From: Chloroflexota bacterium
GTDB taxonomy: Bacteria > Chloroflexota > UBA11872 > VXOZ01
Length of the DNA stretch: 64,000 bases
Direction of reading: 5' to 3'
NCBI GenBank assembly: GCA_965221905.1
Contig: OZ244922.1
Span: 32,001 to 96,000 of the forward strand
Positions within the stretch are counted from its first letter, which is position 1, and the number at the start of each line of letters is the position of its first letter. Shown here in pieces: positions 50,915 through 61,450 of the stretch. Made by a program: the position numbers and the translations under genes. The notes below the pieces were generated by a model, which saw only the letters and a program-made list of their open reading frames with translations, searched no databases and was not told where the DNA came from.

Positions 50915-51610
50915 GTGGAGATTTCCTGGTACGGCAACGGATGTTTCCGCTTGCGCAGCCAGCTTGGGACGGTAATCACCGACCCATACCCGCCCACCCC
51001 CGCACTTCGTTTGCCAAAGCTCAACGCCACCGTAGTCACCACAAGCGATCCGACTCTCTGCGACGAATCGGTCGTTGCGCGTGATGACCATAATCTGCTC
51101 GTAACCGGCGCGGGCGAGTATGAAATCGGCGGTATCTTCATCCAGGGTGTGCCCTTGCAAAGCCGCGGGCAACCCCCGGTGACGGCCTTTGTTTTCGAAA
51201 TGGAAGGATTGGCGGTCTGCCATCTTGGGCTGCCGTGGCAGGCGCCCTCCGCCGCCCAAGTCGAGAATCTAGGCAGTGTTGACGTACTGCTTTTGCCCGT
51301 AGGAGGACCGGGTCGCATCGGCGTGCAAGCGGTATCGGACCTGGCAAGCGAGCTCGAACCGAAAGTGCTGATACCCATGTACTACAGCATGCCGGACGCG
51401 CCCGATGACCGCTTCTACACCTTGGATCGATTGGCGCATGAGCTTGGCACCAAACTCCCGGAACCTGAAACAACACTCAACACACGGCGGAGAGGTGGCA
51501 TCGGCCAGAATACGTTCGCTGTCTTAGAATGCCGGGCGCAAAGCCGTGAGAGCGTCGCGCAAAGCAGCGAGAACGTCGCGCAAAGCAGCGAAAAAGTCTC
51601 TCAAAAGTGA
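50915..51610 (+). CDS. MBL-fold protein with degenerate metal ligands
   Basis: ISWYGNGCFRL, ITDPY, GEYEIGG, HLG, VDVLLLPVGG, LEPKVLIPM; extended -10 TGGTAAAAT at 50840-50848. Confidence 0.8.
   Translation: MEISWYGNGCFRLRSQLGTVITDPYPPTPALRLPKLNATVVTTSDPTLCDESVVARDDHNLLVTGAGEYEIGGIFIQGVPLQSRGQPPVTAFVFEMEGLAVCHLGLPWQAPSAAQVENLGSVDVLLLPVGGPGRIGVQAVSDLASELEPKVLIPMYYSMPDAPDDRFYTLDRLAHELGTKLPEPETTLNTRRRGGIGQNTFAVLECRAQSRESVAQSSENVAQSSEKVSQK
51548..51610 (+). repeat. 3 x 21-bp in-frame tandem repeat (ESVAQSS)
   Basis: GAGAGCGTCGCGCAAAGCAGC / GAGAACGTCGCGCAAAGCAGC / GAAAAAGTCTCTCAAAAGTGA. Confidence 0.75.
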
Positions 51611-51618
51611 GTGCTTAG

Positions 51619-53349
51619 ATGTCAGATTCAAGGCGCATTGTCAAGCATATATTTGTTACCGGCGGGGTTGTTTCCTCTGTCGGCAAAGGAGTGACGGTAG
51701 CCGCAATCGGGCGGCTGCTCAAGAGCCGGGGAATTCGCGTCTCCATTCAAAAACTCGACCCCTACTTCAACGTAGACCCCGGCACCATGAGTCCCTACCA
51801 GCACGGCGAGGTGTTTGTGACGGAAGACGGCGCGGAGACGGACCTGGATCTCGGCCACTACGAGCGCTTCATCGACGAGCACCTCACGCGCGAGAGCAAC
51901 GTGACATCAGGCCAAGTGTTCGAGCACGTGATCGAGAAAGAGCGGCGCGGCGACTACCTGGGCGGCACGGTGCAGATGATCCCTCACGTTACGGATGAGA
52001 TTCGCGAGCGCATCCTGCGCGTGGGAGAGGCAGCTAATGCCGACGTGGTGATCGTTGAGGTGGGCGGCACGGTCGGCGACATCGAGGGCTTGCCCTTCAT
52101 CGAGAGCATTCGTCAGTTGCGGCGCAACCTGGGTCGAGAAAATGTCTTTTACATCCACGTGACGCTGCTCCCATACATTGGGTCGACCGGTGAGCTGAAG
52201 ACGAAACCCACGCAGCACAGCGTGCATGAATTGCGCCGGCTTGGCATCCAGCCGGAGATGATAATCTGTCGCTCCGACTTTGAAATGCCGCCGGAACTGC
52301 GGGAGAAGATCGCGCTTTTCTGCGACGTGGACGAACCGGCCGTAATCCCCCTGGTTACCTTTGCTTCTATCTACGAAGTGCCGATGTACCTCGAGAACAT
52401 CGGTCTCGGCAATTTGCTGGTAGAAGCACTCCGCTTGCCGGAACGGCAGCCGGACCTAGCCGTCTGGGAAGAGATTGTGGAGCAGGTCACGTATAGCCAT
52501 GCGCCGCTGGAGATTGCCATCGTCGGCAAGTATACGCAGTTACCGGACGCCTACCTGAGCGTGACTGAGTCGCTGCGGCATGCCTGTGCGGCCAATGAGG
52601 TTAGCCTTAACCTCAAGTGGGTGAATGCCGAGGATGTGGAAGCCGATGGGCCTGAAGCGCATCTCGCCGGCGTGCGCGGCATTGTGGTGCCGGGCGGCTT
52701 CGGCCCGCGCGGAATCGAGGGTAAGATCATGGCGGCGCGCTTTGCGCGCGAAAATAGGATACCCTATCTTGGGCTTTGCCTCGGCTTGCAGGTTGCCGTT
52801 ATAGAATTCGCGCGCGTCGTGCTGGGCGAGCAGGCCAACAGCACCGAATTCGATCCACAGACGCCCATACCGGTGATCGACCAAATGGAAAGTCAGCGGG
52901 GAGTAACGAACAAAGGCGGTACCATGCGGCTGGGCGCGTACCCGTGCGCGCTTGAACCGGGCACGATTGCTGCCGAGGCTTACGGGAAGTCTCTCGTGCA
53001 TGAGCGGCACCGCCACCGCTGGGAGGTCAACGATCGCTACAAGCACGTGCTGGCCGCCCACGGCTTCCGGGTGAGCGGCGTCTGGCCGGAGGGCGGCTTG
53101 GCGGAGATCATGGAGCGCACCGACCATCCGTTTTTCTTGGGCAGCCAGTTCCATCCGGAATTCAAGTCGCGCCCCAATCGCCCCCACCCACTCTTTGTGA
53201 AGTTTGTGCAGGCCGGCAAGCAGGTCCACCTGGAAGGCGACCAGGAATCACTGCCCATCGGCGGGGCTGACGTTGCGCTGCACGCGGCTCCAGTGCTTGA
53301 GCCCGAGAACGAGGAGTTTCCGGTACCGAGCGGCCAACTGCATCGTTAG
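51619..53349 (+). CDS. pyrG: CTP synthase
   Basis: FVTGGVVSSVGKG, NVDPGTMSPYQHGEVFV, KTKPTQHSV, GLCLG, QFHPEFKSRP. Confidence 0.98.
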   Translation: MSDSRRIVKHIFVTGGVVSSVGKGVTVAAIGRLLKSRGIRVSIQKLDPYFNVDPGTMSPYQHGEVFVTEDGAETDLDLGHYERFIDEHLTRESNVTSGQVFEHVIEKERRGDYLGGTVQMIPHVTDEIRERILRVGEAANADVVIVEVGGTVGDIEGLPFIESIRQLRRNLGRENVFYIHVTLLPYIGSTGELKTKPTQHSVHELRRLGIQPEMIICRSDFEMPPELREKIALFCDVDEPAVIPLVTFASIYEVPMYLENIGLGNLLVEALRLPERQPDLAVWEEIVEQVTYSHAPLEIAIVGKYTQLPDAYLSVTESLRHACAANEVSLNLKWVNAEDVEADGPEAHLAGVRGIVVPGGFGPRGIEGKIMAARFARENRIPYLGLCLGLQVAVIEFARVVLGEQANSTEFDPQTPIPVIDQMESQRGVTNKGGTMRLGAYPCALEPGTIAAEAYGKSLVHERHRHRWEVNDRYKHVLAAHGFRVSGVWPEGGLAEIMERTDHPFFLGSQFHPEFKSRPNRPHPLFVKFVQAGKQVHLEGDQESLPIGGADVALHAAPVLEPENEEFPVPSGQLHR

Positions 53350-53733
53350 GGCGGGGAGCATCCAATGAGCATTGGAGCCCATGGCAGGCTAGGTGGTATT
53401 GAGAGTTTGCGTCACTTTTGTGTTGCCCCTAGGTGTCATTCCGAGCGCAGCGAGGAATCTAAGGCGATTGGTCCAGCTCTTTCCCCAGGTTTCCTCTCAG
53501 AATCAGAGTGAAAGTGTAGCACCTGGGCTTGTTCCTGCACAGGGCGGCGAGCATTTCATCTAATATGGATGGATTCCCGCGCAAGCGGGAATGACGGACT
53601 GGGATGCTGTAATTCCCAGCGTATTGAATGACAAATTCCTGGAAACCCTGGCGGACCTCGTCGATGTGGGTCGGAAATAGAAGTCAGCAGATCCCCGTAT
53701 CCAGTCCTTGAAGTAGCCTTAGCGAGTGCAACA

Positions 53734-54759
53734 ATGAATGAACTTGGCGTAGCAGTAATTGGCTTTGGCGTGGGGCGCAGCCACTTGCGCGCGTACCGGG
53801 AGATACCCGGTGTGCGGCTTGTCATTCTCTGCGATACCGATGAGGAACGCTTGGCGCAGGCGCGGCAGGAGTTCGACGGCATTGCCACGACCCGCGATGT
53901 GGAGGAAGCCGTGAGCCGTGACGACGTGCACGTTGTTTCCGTGTGCACGCCTGATCACCTACACTACGAGCACTGTCTGGCCGCGCTCGCCCACGGCAAG
54001 CACATCCTGTGCGAGAAGCCGATGACTACCAGCGAGGCCCACGCGTGGGACTTGGTGCAGCGGGTACAGGCTGCCGACGTGCGGTTTGCCGTGGGTAATG
54101 TGAACCGCTTCGTGCCGCAGTTCGCGGCTTTGCACCAATTTGTGCAAGAGGGACGGCTGGGCGATCTCTTCTTCGTCGAAAGCGACTACATCCACGATAT
54201 GCGCGGGGTCTACCGGCGCACGCCCTGGCGCAAAGATCCGGCGCAGCCTCAGAATGCGTGGTTCGGGGGCGGCGTACACCCGATGGACCTCGTCCGCTGG
54301 GTGGCTGGCGACGTGGCGGAAATCACGCTTTATGCGAACAAGTGCGCCAGCGTGCCGGAGTTTCCCCTGCCGGATACCTACATCAGCATCCTCAAGTTCG
54401 CGAGCGGTTGCCTGGGCAAGGTGTGGGAGACGTCCGCCATCCGCCGCGTGCCGGGGCACGTGGTGAACTTCAACGCCTACGGCGCGGAAGGCACCATGCT
54501 CACGAACACGCTCGAAATGGAAGCAAAACTCTGGTTGAACTGGGGCGTAGAAGGCCTGGCCGGCGCGCAGACGTTACCCTTCAAGCGCACCATCGGTCAT
54601 CCGGTACTGGACGAGTTGACGCACCTGGTTGATTGCATCCGCACCGGCGCAACTCCGCTCGTTGACGCGACCGAAGGCGCAAAGACTATCGCTACCCTGG
54701 CGGCGGGCTTGCGCTCAGCGGAAAGCGGCAAACCGGAGCAGGTGAATTCAGGTCCGTGA
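53734..54759 (+). CDS. Gfo/Idh/MocA-family oxidoreductase
   Basis: VAVIGFG, VCTPDHLH, HILCEKPM, GGVHPMD. Confidence 0.92.
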   Translation: MNELGVAVIGFGVGRSHLRAYREIPGVRLVILCDTDEERLAQARQEFDGIATTRDVEEAVSRDDVHVVSVCTPDHLHYEHCLAALAHGKHILCEKPMTTSEAHAWDLVQRVQAADVRFAVGNVNRFVPQFAALHQFVQEGRLGDLFFVESDYIHDMRGVYRRTPWRKDPAQPQNAWFGGGVHPMDLVRWVAGDVAEITLYANKCASVPEFPLPDTYISILKFASGCLGKVWETSAIRRVPGHVVNFNAYGAEGTMLTNTLEMEAKLWLNWGVEGLAGAQTLPFKRTIGHPVLDELTHLVDCIRTGATPLVDATEGAKTIATLAAGLRSAESGKPEQVNSGP

Positions 54760-54904
54760 GCGTGATCAGCGTTCAGTGACTGGTGGACGGTGATGAAACC
54801 TAGAGCAATTACTGTTATCCAGTCGTACAAGCGAAAACTCTGACCCGTAGGGGCACGACATGTCGTGCCCCTACACGTGTGTGGGGCTAGAAGAAGAGAT
54901 TTGA

Positions 54905-54974
54905 CCCTCACCCTAACCCTCTCCCGCCGGGAGAGGAGACTTTCTCGCCTCGGCAAGGGTTTCGCAAAGGTCTC
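54905..54974. mobile_element. Right half of the GAGACC MITE, joined to a family G REP arm
   Basis: Nearly identical to 13223-13292 and followed by CAGCGGGAGAGGG. Confidence 0.75.
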
Positions 54975-55071
54975 CAGCGGGAGAGGGAACTCTTGCGCGC
55001 GGTTTTGAACGCGCTAGGGACTGTTTGAACGCGATAAACCAGGGGCCGCGCAGACCGAATACGCGCTGATC

Positions 55072-56355
55072 TCAGGCGAGGACCTGTGTTGCAACCTTCC
55101 ACAGCCCTTGCACCACGTCGGCGCAATCGGCTTCGGTGTAACTCGGCGCGATGGCAATATTCACGGCGCGGGCCATGATCGCTTCCGTGCGCGGGCAAAG
55201 GCCGGGGGCGTAGTTTTGGGAGAGCGCGCCGACTGCCGGACGGTAGTTCTGCAGCGCCTCGATGTTGTAGACCGGCTTGCCGCCATAAACGTGCCGTGCG
55301 GGGATACCCTCCGCGCGGAGCGCCTTCACGAAGCGCGCCGTTTGCGCAGGATCTTCCACAAGCAGACCGAGCGATACACCGGCGATGCCGCTGGGATCGG
55401 GTAAATGGCGCGGGGTTACGCCGGGCAGGCCCTGTATCTCTTGCTTGATGGTGTCGTGGGCGTTTCTCATCCGGTTTATAATGCCAGGCAGTTTGCGGAT
55501 CTGCGCCAATGCCAGTGCACCCGCGAGTTCGCCCATGCGGTAGACCTCACCTGGGAAGGCATCGAGCTGTCCGGGCGGATACGTGGTCAAATCGCCCATG
55601 GTGTCGTCCGGCGCGCTGGTTTCCACAGACATGCGCCCAAAGCGGTAGTTGCCGTGGTCGTGATAGCGCACGGCGCGCTCGAACATCACCGGATCGCTGG
55701 TGGTAACGATGCCGCCCTCTCCCGCGGTAATAATCTTGTTCACCTGCAGGCTAAAGGCGCCCACGTCGCCCCACGCGCCGATGGACTTTCCCTTGTAGGC
55801 CGCGCCGGCCGACTGCGCGCAGTCCTCGATCACACGGAGGTCATGCCGCCGCGCGATGTCCATGATGGTATCCATATCCGCAGACACGCCGCTGGTGTGC
55901 ACCGGCATGATGGCGCGGGTGCGGGGCGTGATGCGGTTCTCAATGTCGTTGGGATCAAGCGTGAGCGACTCGTTGACGTCGGCAAATACCGGGATCGCGT
56001 GATGGGCGGCTACGGTACCGGGTGAGGCGATGAAGGTGAGCGCCGGGACGATGACTTCGTCGCCGGGCGCGATGTCCAGCGCCTTGAGGCCAACTTTTAA
56101 CGCAGCAGTACCGGACGTTACGCCCAGCGCGTACGACGTGCCCATCATCCGGGCCGCTTCGCGCTCCAACTGCGCGACTTTGTCCGGCTCATTGACGCCG
56201 TAGAAGCGGAACGGCGCTTGCCGGTCCAGCACTTCCAGGACGAGTTCTCTTTCCTCATCGCCAATCAGCCGCGCGCCGGGATAACCGGTCTCCAGGGGCG
56301 TTGCGCGTACCGGTTCACCGCCGTCCACTGCTAAACGCTCGATTTTCGTTGCCAT
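55072..56355 (-). CDS. DegT/DnrJ/EryC1/StrS-family PLP aminotransferase
   Basis: LAVDGGEP, SGTAAL, GDEVIVP, IEDCAQS, FSLQVNKIITAGEGG. Confidence 0.92.
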   Translation of the reverse strand: MATKIERLAVDGGEPVRATPLETGYPGARLIGDEERELVLEVLDRQAPFRFYGVNEPDKVAQLEREAARMMGTSYALGVTSGTAALKVGLKALDIAPGDEVIVPALTFIASPGTVAAHHAIPVFADVNESLTLDPNDIENRITPRTRAIMPVHTSGVSADMDTIMDIARRHDLRVIEDCAQSAGAAYKGKSIGAWGDVGAFSLQVNKIITAGEGGIVTTSDPVMFERAVRYHDHGNYRFGRMSVETSAPDDTMGDLTTYPPGQLDAFPGEVYRMGELAGALALAQIRKLPGIINRMRNAHDTIKQEIQGLPGVTPRHLPDPSGIAGVSLGLLVEDPAQTARFVKALRAEGIPARHVYGGKPVYNIEALQNYRPAVGALSQNYAPGLCPRTEAIMARAVNIAIAPSYTEADCADVVQGLWKVATQVLA

Positions 56356-56708
56356 GCTCTATTTCTCCTAATTGTCGGCTACCGGCGTCACTACGCGTTC
56401 ACTGTAGGGCACGACATGTCGTGCCCCTACGCATCTTCAAATCGCTACTATGCAAGCCGCCAGTCCACTGTATCCACTGATGTCATCGCTCGAGAGTTTC
56501 CTGTGTTTATGAAGTCCCATTGCCCCGTCATTCCGGCGAAAAGCCTGCCCCGTACTTGATACGGGGCCGGAATCCATCTTGTCCGTGCGCACCGATTGTT
56601 GAGCCGTTTCAAGTCCAGCGCGAAACTTCATTCTTGCCCCCCACCTGGACTCCGGCCTCCGCCGGAGTGACGGGCCTGAGTACCAAGTTGGTGGCTGTAG
56701 GGATAGAA

Positions 56709-57563
56709 TCACCGCTTCTTTGTATGCAGATGCTTATCCTTCAATATAACTTTCTCAGCAGTGCCGCCCATGATCGCCTCGCGTTGCTCGTCACTCATGG
56801 GAAAGTTGCGCAGAAACTCAACCTGCGGCAGCGGCTGCCAGGGATGAAGGTAGTCGGTCCCGAGCATGAGCTTCTGCCAGTTCCGCTCGATGAATCCGGG
56901 CGTAAAGTCGAGATCGCGCGAAATGGCGTTGAAGCCGGAGCCGGCCGAGAGATCGCCGTACATGTTGGGGTATTCCTGTAAGAGGCGCTCGGTGCTGCCG
57001 CCGGGCGTGACCTTGCCCGGGGGATAGCCGATCCTGCTGGCGCGCCGGAAGTCGGCGGATATCTCCGCCCACCACGCTGGGCCGTGTCCCATAAAGACCG
57101 TATTGGGGCACTCCTTGAGCACGCGCTCCATCCCGGGTTGGCCGTCCTCGTCAGTGCAGAGATTCAGGTCCAGGTGCAGCATTACGGGCAAGTCAAACTC
57201 ACCGGCGAGGGAAAAGAGCTCAATGGCGCGGGGATCATCAATCGCCAGGCCGTTCTTGTGCTCGCCGAAGCCCATGATGCCCCTGGCGACCATTCTCTCC
57301 AGCAGCATGCGTTTGTTCACGGAGTTGCGCGGATCAATGACGCCAAACGGGATGAACCGCTCTGGATACCGCTTCCAGTCCTCCAGTGCCTCCGCCGTCA
57401 GAAAGTACTCCGGAAACGATTCCGGACTTTCCAACGGCAGCAGCACGGACATATCCACGCCCATCTTATCCATGCGGTTCACCATCTGGTCCGCCGACAT
57501 GGTGAGGGCGTTGCCCATACTCCACCGCCCACGACACGTGTGCGTGTGGACATCAATAACCAT
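56709..57563 (-). CDS. Amidohydrolase_2-family metallohydrolase
   Basis: VIDVHTH, GFGEHK, GHGPAWW, GDLSAGSG, GTDYL; GGAGG RBS. Confidence 0.9.
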   Translation of the reverse strand: MVIDVHTHTCRGRWSMGNALTMSADQMVNRMDKMGVDMSVLLPLESPESFPEYFLTAEALEDWKRYPERFIPFGVIDPRNSVNKRMLLERMVARGIMGFGEHKNGLAIDDPRAIELFSLAGEFDLPVMLHLDLNLCTDEDGQPGMERVLKECPNTVFMGHGPAWWAEISADFRRASRIGYPPGKVTPGGSTERLLQEYPNMYGDLSAGSGFNAISRDLDFTPGFIERNWQKLMLGTDYLHPWQPLPQVEFLRNFPMSDEQREAIMGGTAEKVILKDKHLHTKKR

Positions 57564-58062
57564 GATTTACTCTTACCTCCGCGTAGTCTGACTGGAATTC
57601 TTGCGTCTGAGATAGATGACGTTGTTAGGAGTATACCCTATCCGGTAGACTCGCTTGGGAATTCGGTCCTTGTGGTAGATTCTCGTCCTAATCTCAGCCG
57701 ACGCGTTCAAATGAACGCCCCTGTTTCAATCGAACACGGGCGAATATATACTTGAAGCGTCGCATTGTAACGGTTAGGCAAGCAGTGGCGATTCCACGCT
57801 AGATACGCGTTGGCTTGCGCCAAGAGTCCGAATTTCAAGGTAGAGGTGAAGCATAGTTTGAGAAAGTGCTGCAGAGCTGTTAAGAGCAACTCGCGGCGAG
57901 CTTCCCTTCATCCGTCCACACTTCGACAAGCTCAGCACGAACGGATTTCATCACACTCTTCTTATTCCAATATGCAACCTTGGACGTACGCATGATTTAA
58001 CATTCGTATCGCAAGCATTACTAAGTTTTTTGGCCGCAGGTATGGCTAGGAGTACGCACATC

Positions 58063-59136
58063 GTGAACAAATTCGATCTTCCGACCCCGGCGCTTTGTAT
58101 CGATATGGAGGCGGTCGGCCACAACTTGCGGACGATGCAGGACTTCGCCGATCGGGCCGGGGTGGACCTGCGCCCCCACGCCAAGACCCACAAGAATCCC
58201 TTCTTTGCGCACATGCAAATTGCCCTAGGAGCGGTGGGCGTCTGCGTGGCGAAACTCAGCGAAGCGGCGGTCATGGTGGAAGGCGGCGTAAAGGATATTC
58301 TCGTCACGAATGAGATCGCCGACCCGCGCAAACTGCGCCAACTGGCCGGACTGGCGCACTACGCCAAGATTACGCTCGCGGTGGACAATTTGCCCTGCGC
58401 CGCGGCGGCAGCGCGCGCGGCGATGGACATGGGCAGCACGCTGCAGCTTCTCATCGAGGTTGATAGCGGCTCGCTACGCTGCGGCACGGCCCCCGGCCAA
58501 CCGACGCTGGAACTGGCGCGCGGCGTCATGGAGTTGGAAAGCGTGGTGTTTGCGGGTGTGATGGGTTATGAGGGCCACTGTATGTTCATCGAGGATCCCG
58601 CTGAACGCAAGCAGAAGGCGCACGCCGCCCAAGAGAGCCTGGTGGGGACCGCCGAGCTACTCCGCGCCCACGGCATTCCCGTGCAAACGGTCTCTGCCGC
58701 TGGCACCGGCACCTACGACCTAACCGGCAGCTATCCCGGCATTACCGAGTTGCAACCGGGTTCTTACATCTTCATGGACGGTCGCTACCGACCCCTACGC
58801 CCTGAATTTCGCTGCGCGCTCACCGTGACTTGCACAGTGATCAGCCGCCCCGTACCGGAGCGCGTGGTGGTGGACGTGGGCATGAAGTCCCTTACCAACG
58901 AATTCGGCATGCCGCTGGTGCTCAGCATCCCTAACTGCGAATTCTACCGCGAAGGCGAGGAGAACGCCTGCATCCGCCTGGAAGACACCAGCCACCCCAT
59001 CCGTCCCGGCGACCCGGTGGAACTGCTGCCCATGCACGGCGATACGACAATCGCCGCCCACGACGTCTACCACCTCTGCCACGGCGAAGAGGTGGTGATG
59101 ACCATTCCGATCTTGGGACGCGGGAAGTTTCACTAA
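58063..59136 (+). CDS. DSD1/D-threonine aldolase-family fold III PLP enzyme
   Basis: LPTPAL, RPHAKTHK, MGYEGH, GTGTY, ELQPGSYIFMD, DVGMKSL. Confidence 0.9.
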   Translation: MNKFDLPTPALCIDMEAVGHNLRTMQDFADRAGVDLRPHAKTHKNPFFAHMQIALGAVGVCVAKLSEAAVMVEGGVKDILVTNEIADPRKLRQLAGLAHYAKITLAVDNLPCAAAAARAAMDMGSTLQLLIEVDSGSLRCGTAPGQPTLELARGVMELESVVFAGVMGYEGHCMFIEDPAERKQKAHAAQESLVGTAELLRAHGIPVQTVSAAGTGTYDLTGSYPGITELQPGSYIFMDGRYRPLRPEFRCALTVTCTVISRPVPERVVVDVGMKSLTNEFGMPLVLSIPNCEFYREGEENACIRLEDTSHPIRPGDPVELLPMHGDTTIAAHDVYHLCHGEEVVMTIPILGRGKFH

Positions 59137-59164
59137 TGCCCACTAGACGTTTTCTCTCCCTTTG

Positions 59165-59361
59165 GAGACCCTTGCATGTCTTACGTGGGGCTATAGAAGC
59201 CACTCTCAATAGAAGCAGAATACCTCTATTTAAGGAAGTAGAGTCTCCCTCGCCAAGGAAGCAAAGTCCCCCTCTCCATTGAGGGAGAGGGTCGGGGTGA
59301 GGGTGATTCTTCGCAAGAATAGGGCAATCCTGCTCGCCTGATAGAGCTACGCAATGGTCGC
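59165..59361. mobile_element. Degenerate copy of the GAGACC MITE
   Basis: TCTCTCCCTTTG|GAGACCCTTGCA ... GAGCTACGCAATGGTCGC; internal family G REP at 59270-59303. Confidence 0.55.
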
Positions 59362-59524
59362 CTTAAGAGAGTGCGTAGCCAGCCTTGCGTTCATCTGCGG
59401 AGAACACCTGCAAGCAACCAACCGTATGTGCTACGCTGCGTGCAACACACCTACGACTGCACCCAGTATTGTTTACGCGAGTACGACACGTAGACGGATC
59501 AAGCTGCGAAAGGGTACGTGAGCC

Positions 59525-60118
59525 ATGGGCCAAGATCGGCATCTGCCTGTCGTCGTAGGTATCACGGCAGCGAGCGGCGCGGCGTTGACGGAACGCTGCA
59601 TTACGTGGCTGGCAGCGCATGGTGTGCCGCTCTACGTGACGTGCAGCAGCAACGGCCGGCTGGTATGGCAGCAAGAGCTGGATGAGTCGCTTGAGGAAGC
59701 CGCTGCTCGCTGGTCGCAGGCGGGCGACGTAACGCTGGTAGACGTGGGCGACGAGGCCGCCCTGATTGCCAGCGGCAGTCTGCTCACGGCGGGGATGATC
59801 ATCGTTCCTTGCAGCACGGGCTCGGCGGCGGCCATCGCCAACGGTATCTGCACGAACGTGCTCCACCGCGCGGCGGAAGTGACCATAAAAGAGGGTCGGC
59901 CGCTCGTGCTCATGCCCCGCGAAACACCCCTTTCGGCCATTCACCTCGAATCGTGGCTCAAGCTCGCGCGGCTGGGGGTCACCATCGTGCCGCCAATGCT
60001 CACGTTCTACAACCATCCCAAGAACATTCAGGACATGGTGGACTTCAGCGTTGGCCGCGCGCTCACGCTGCTGGGATTCCCGGAAGCCCTTCCCGAACAC
60101 TTGCGCTACCACCGGTAA
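59525..60118 (+). CDS. ubiX: Flavin prenyltransferase UbiX-family
   Basis: VGITAASG, IASGS, PCS, RAAEVTIKEGRPLVLMPRETPLSAIHLE, FYNHP. Confidence 0.9.
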   Translation: MGQDRHLPVVVGITAASGAALTERCITWLAAHGVPLYVTCSSNGRLVWQQELDESLEEAAARWSQAGDVTLVDVGDEAALIASGSLLTAGMIIVPCSTGSAAAIANGICTNVLHRAAEVTIKEGRPLVLMPRETPLSAIHLESWLKLARLGVTIVPPMLTFYNHPKNIQDMVDFSVGRALTLLGFPEALPEHLRYHR

Positions 60119-60280
60119 GCCTGCGGCGTGAAGCTCTTGCGAACGAGGGTAAACTCATCGCATTTGCACTTCTTCTCCTCATAGCGACGTGACCTGCTCC
60201 GGCCGTTAGGGTATTTGTGCTTATATTCACAAATGCGGTATCCTGCACGCATATCAACGCAGTTAAGGAGGATAGAATAC

Positions 60281-61279
60281 TTGGCTCTCACACGACGGAC
60301 ATTACTCCGTGGCGCGGTCGCCGGCGCGCTGGCGCTTCCCATGCTTGCAGCTTGCGGTCAGGTGACGGTAACGACAAGCGAGACCGCAGGGCAAGAGGCT
60401 GCGGCGGAACCGACGAAGCTCCGCATCGGCGATCTGCCGCTCATCGACATGCTGCCGGTCTACGTGGCGGAACAGGAAGGCCTTTTCCCCGATAACCTGG
60501 AAGTTGAATTGGTGCCGTTTTCCAGTGCTTTGGAGCGCGATACCGCCTACACCTCGAAGCAGGTTGACGGCGTGCTCAACGATTTTGTCTCCGCGACGGC
60601 ATTGAACCGGGAGCAAGACTTCACCCGAAACGTGCGCGTAATTCTGCGCTCAACGCAGGAACTGTCGCTCTTTGCTCTTTTGGCGAGCAAGGATTCCGAC
60701 ATTGAGAAGATTGAGGATGTGAAGGGCAAGCAGATCGCAATCTCCCCGAATACCATTATCGAGTATGTGCTCGACCGGATGCTCGGAACGGTAGGACTGG
60801 GACACGACGATGTCGAGAAGGTGGCCGTGCCTAGCATTCCGCTGCGTTTGGAGATGCTCGGCCAGGGCAACGTGACCGCTGCCGTGCTGCCGGAACCGCT
60901 CGTCAGCCTTAGCATTACGACGGCTGGCTCGCGCCTTATCAGGGATGATGCCGAGACCCAATTCGGCGCCTCGCTCCTCTCGTTCCGTAGCGATGTCATT
61001 GCGAGCCAAGAAGATATCGTGCGCGGCTTTATGGATGGTTTCGAGGCCGGCGTAAACCGCATCAACAGCAATCCGGGAAGTTATCAGGACTTGATGGAAG
61101 CGCGCGGGCGCATTCCACCCCCTCTGTTTGGCAAGTTTTCCGTACCTCAGTTCCCCGCAGCCGCAGTGGTGCCGCAGGAGGAGTTTGAGGCGGTAGGCGA
61201 GTGGGCGGTCGAGCGTGGTCTGCTGCAAGAGGCGATCCCTTACGAAGACCTTATAGACACACGATTCTTGCCTGGGTAG
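60281..61279 (+). CDS. ABC transporter substrate-binding lipoprotein (SsuA/NMT1-like)
   Basis: AGGAGG RBS + TTG start, Tat TRRTLL, lipobox LAAC, VAEQEGLF, AVLPEP. Confidence 0.85.
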   Translation: MALTRRTLLRGAVAGALALPMLAACGQVTVTTSETAGQEAAAEPTKLRIGDLPLIDMLPVYVAEQEGLFPDNLEVELVPFSSALERDTAYTSKQVDGVLNDFVSATALNREQDFTRNVRVILRSTQELSLFALLASKDSDIEKIEDVKGKQIAISPNTIIEYVLDRMLGTVGLGHDDVEKVAVPSIPLRLEMLGQGNVTAAVLPEPLVSLSITTAGSRLIRDDAETQFGASLLSFRSDVIASQEDIVRGFMDGFEAGVNRINSNPGSYQDLMEARGRIPPPLFGKFSVPQFPAAAVVPQEEFEAVGEWAVERGLLQEAIPYEDLIDTRFLPG

Positions 61280-61450
61280 GTCTAGGCCAACGCGCACGCT
61301 GCAGAGCGGGTCTCTTCAAATGCGGCAGAAGTCGCCTTGGCCGTTGGTGTGGCGAGTCTTGAAGCGTGTGGGGAGGGGCTCGTCCTCAACTGCGGCGTGT
61401 GCGTGCTGCAATGCCATGTCCGCGCAATGCGTTGTGACCGGAGCAGGTAA

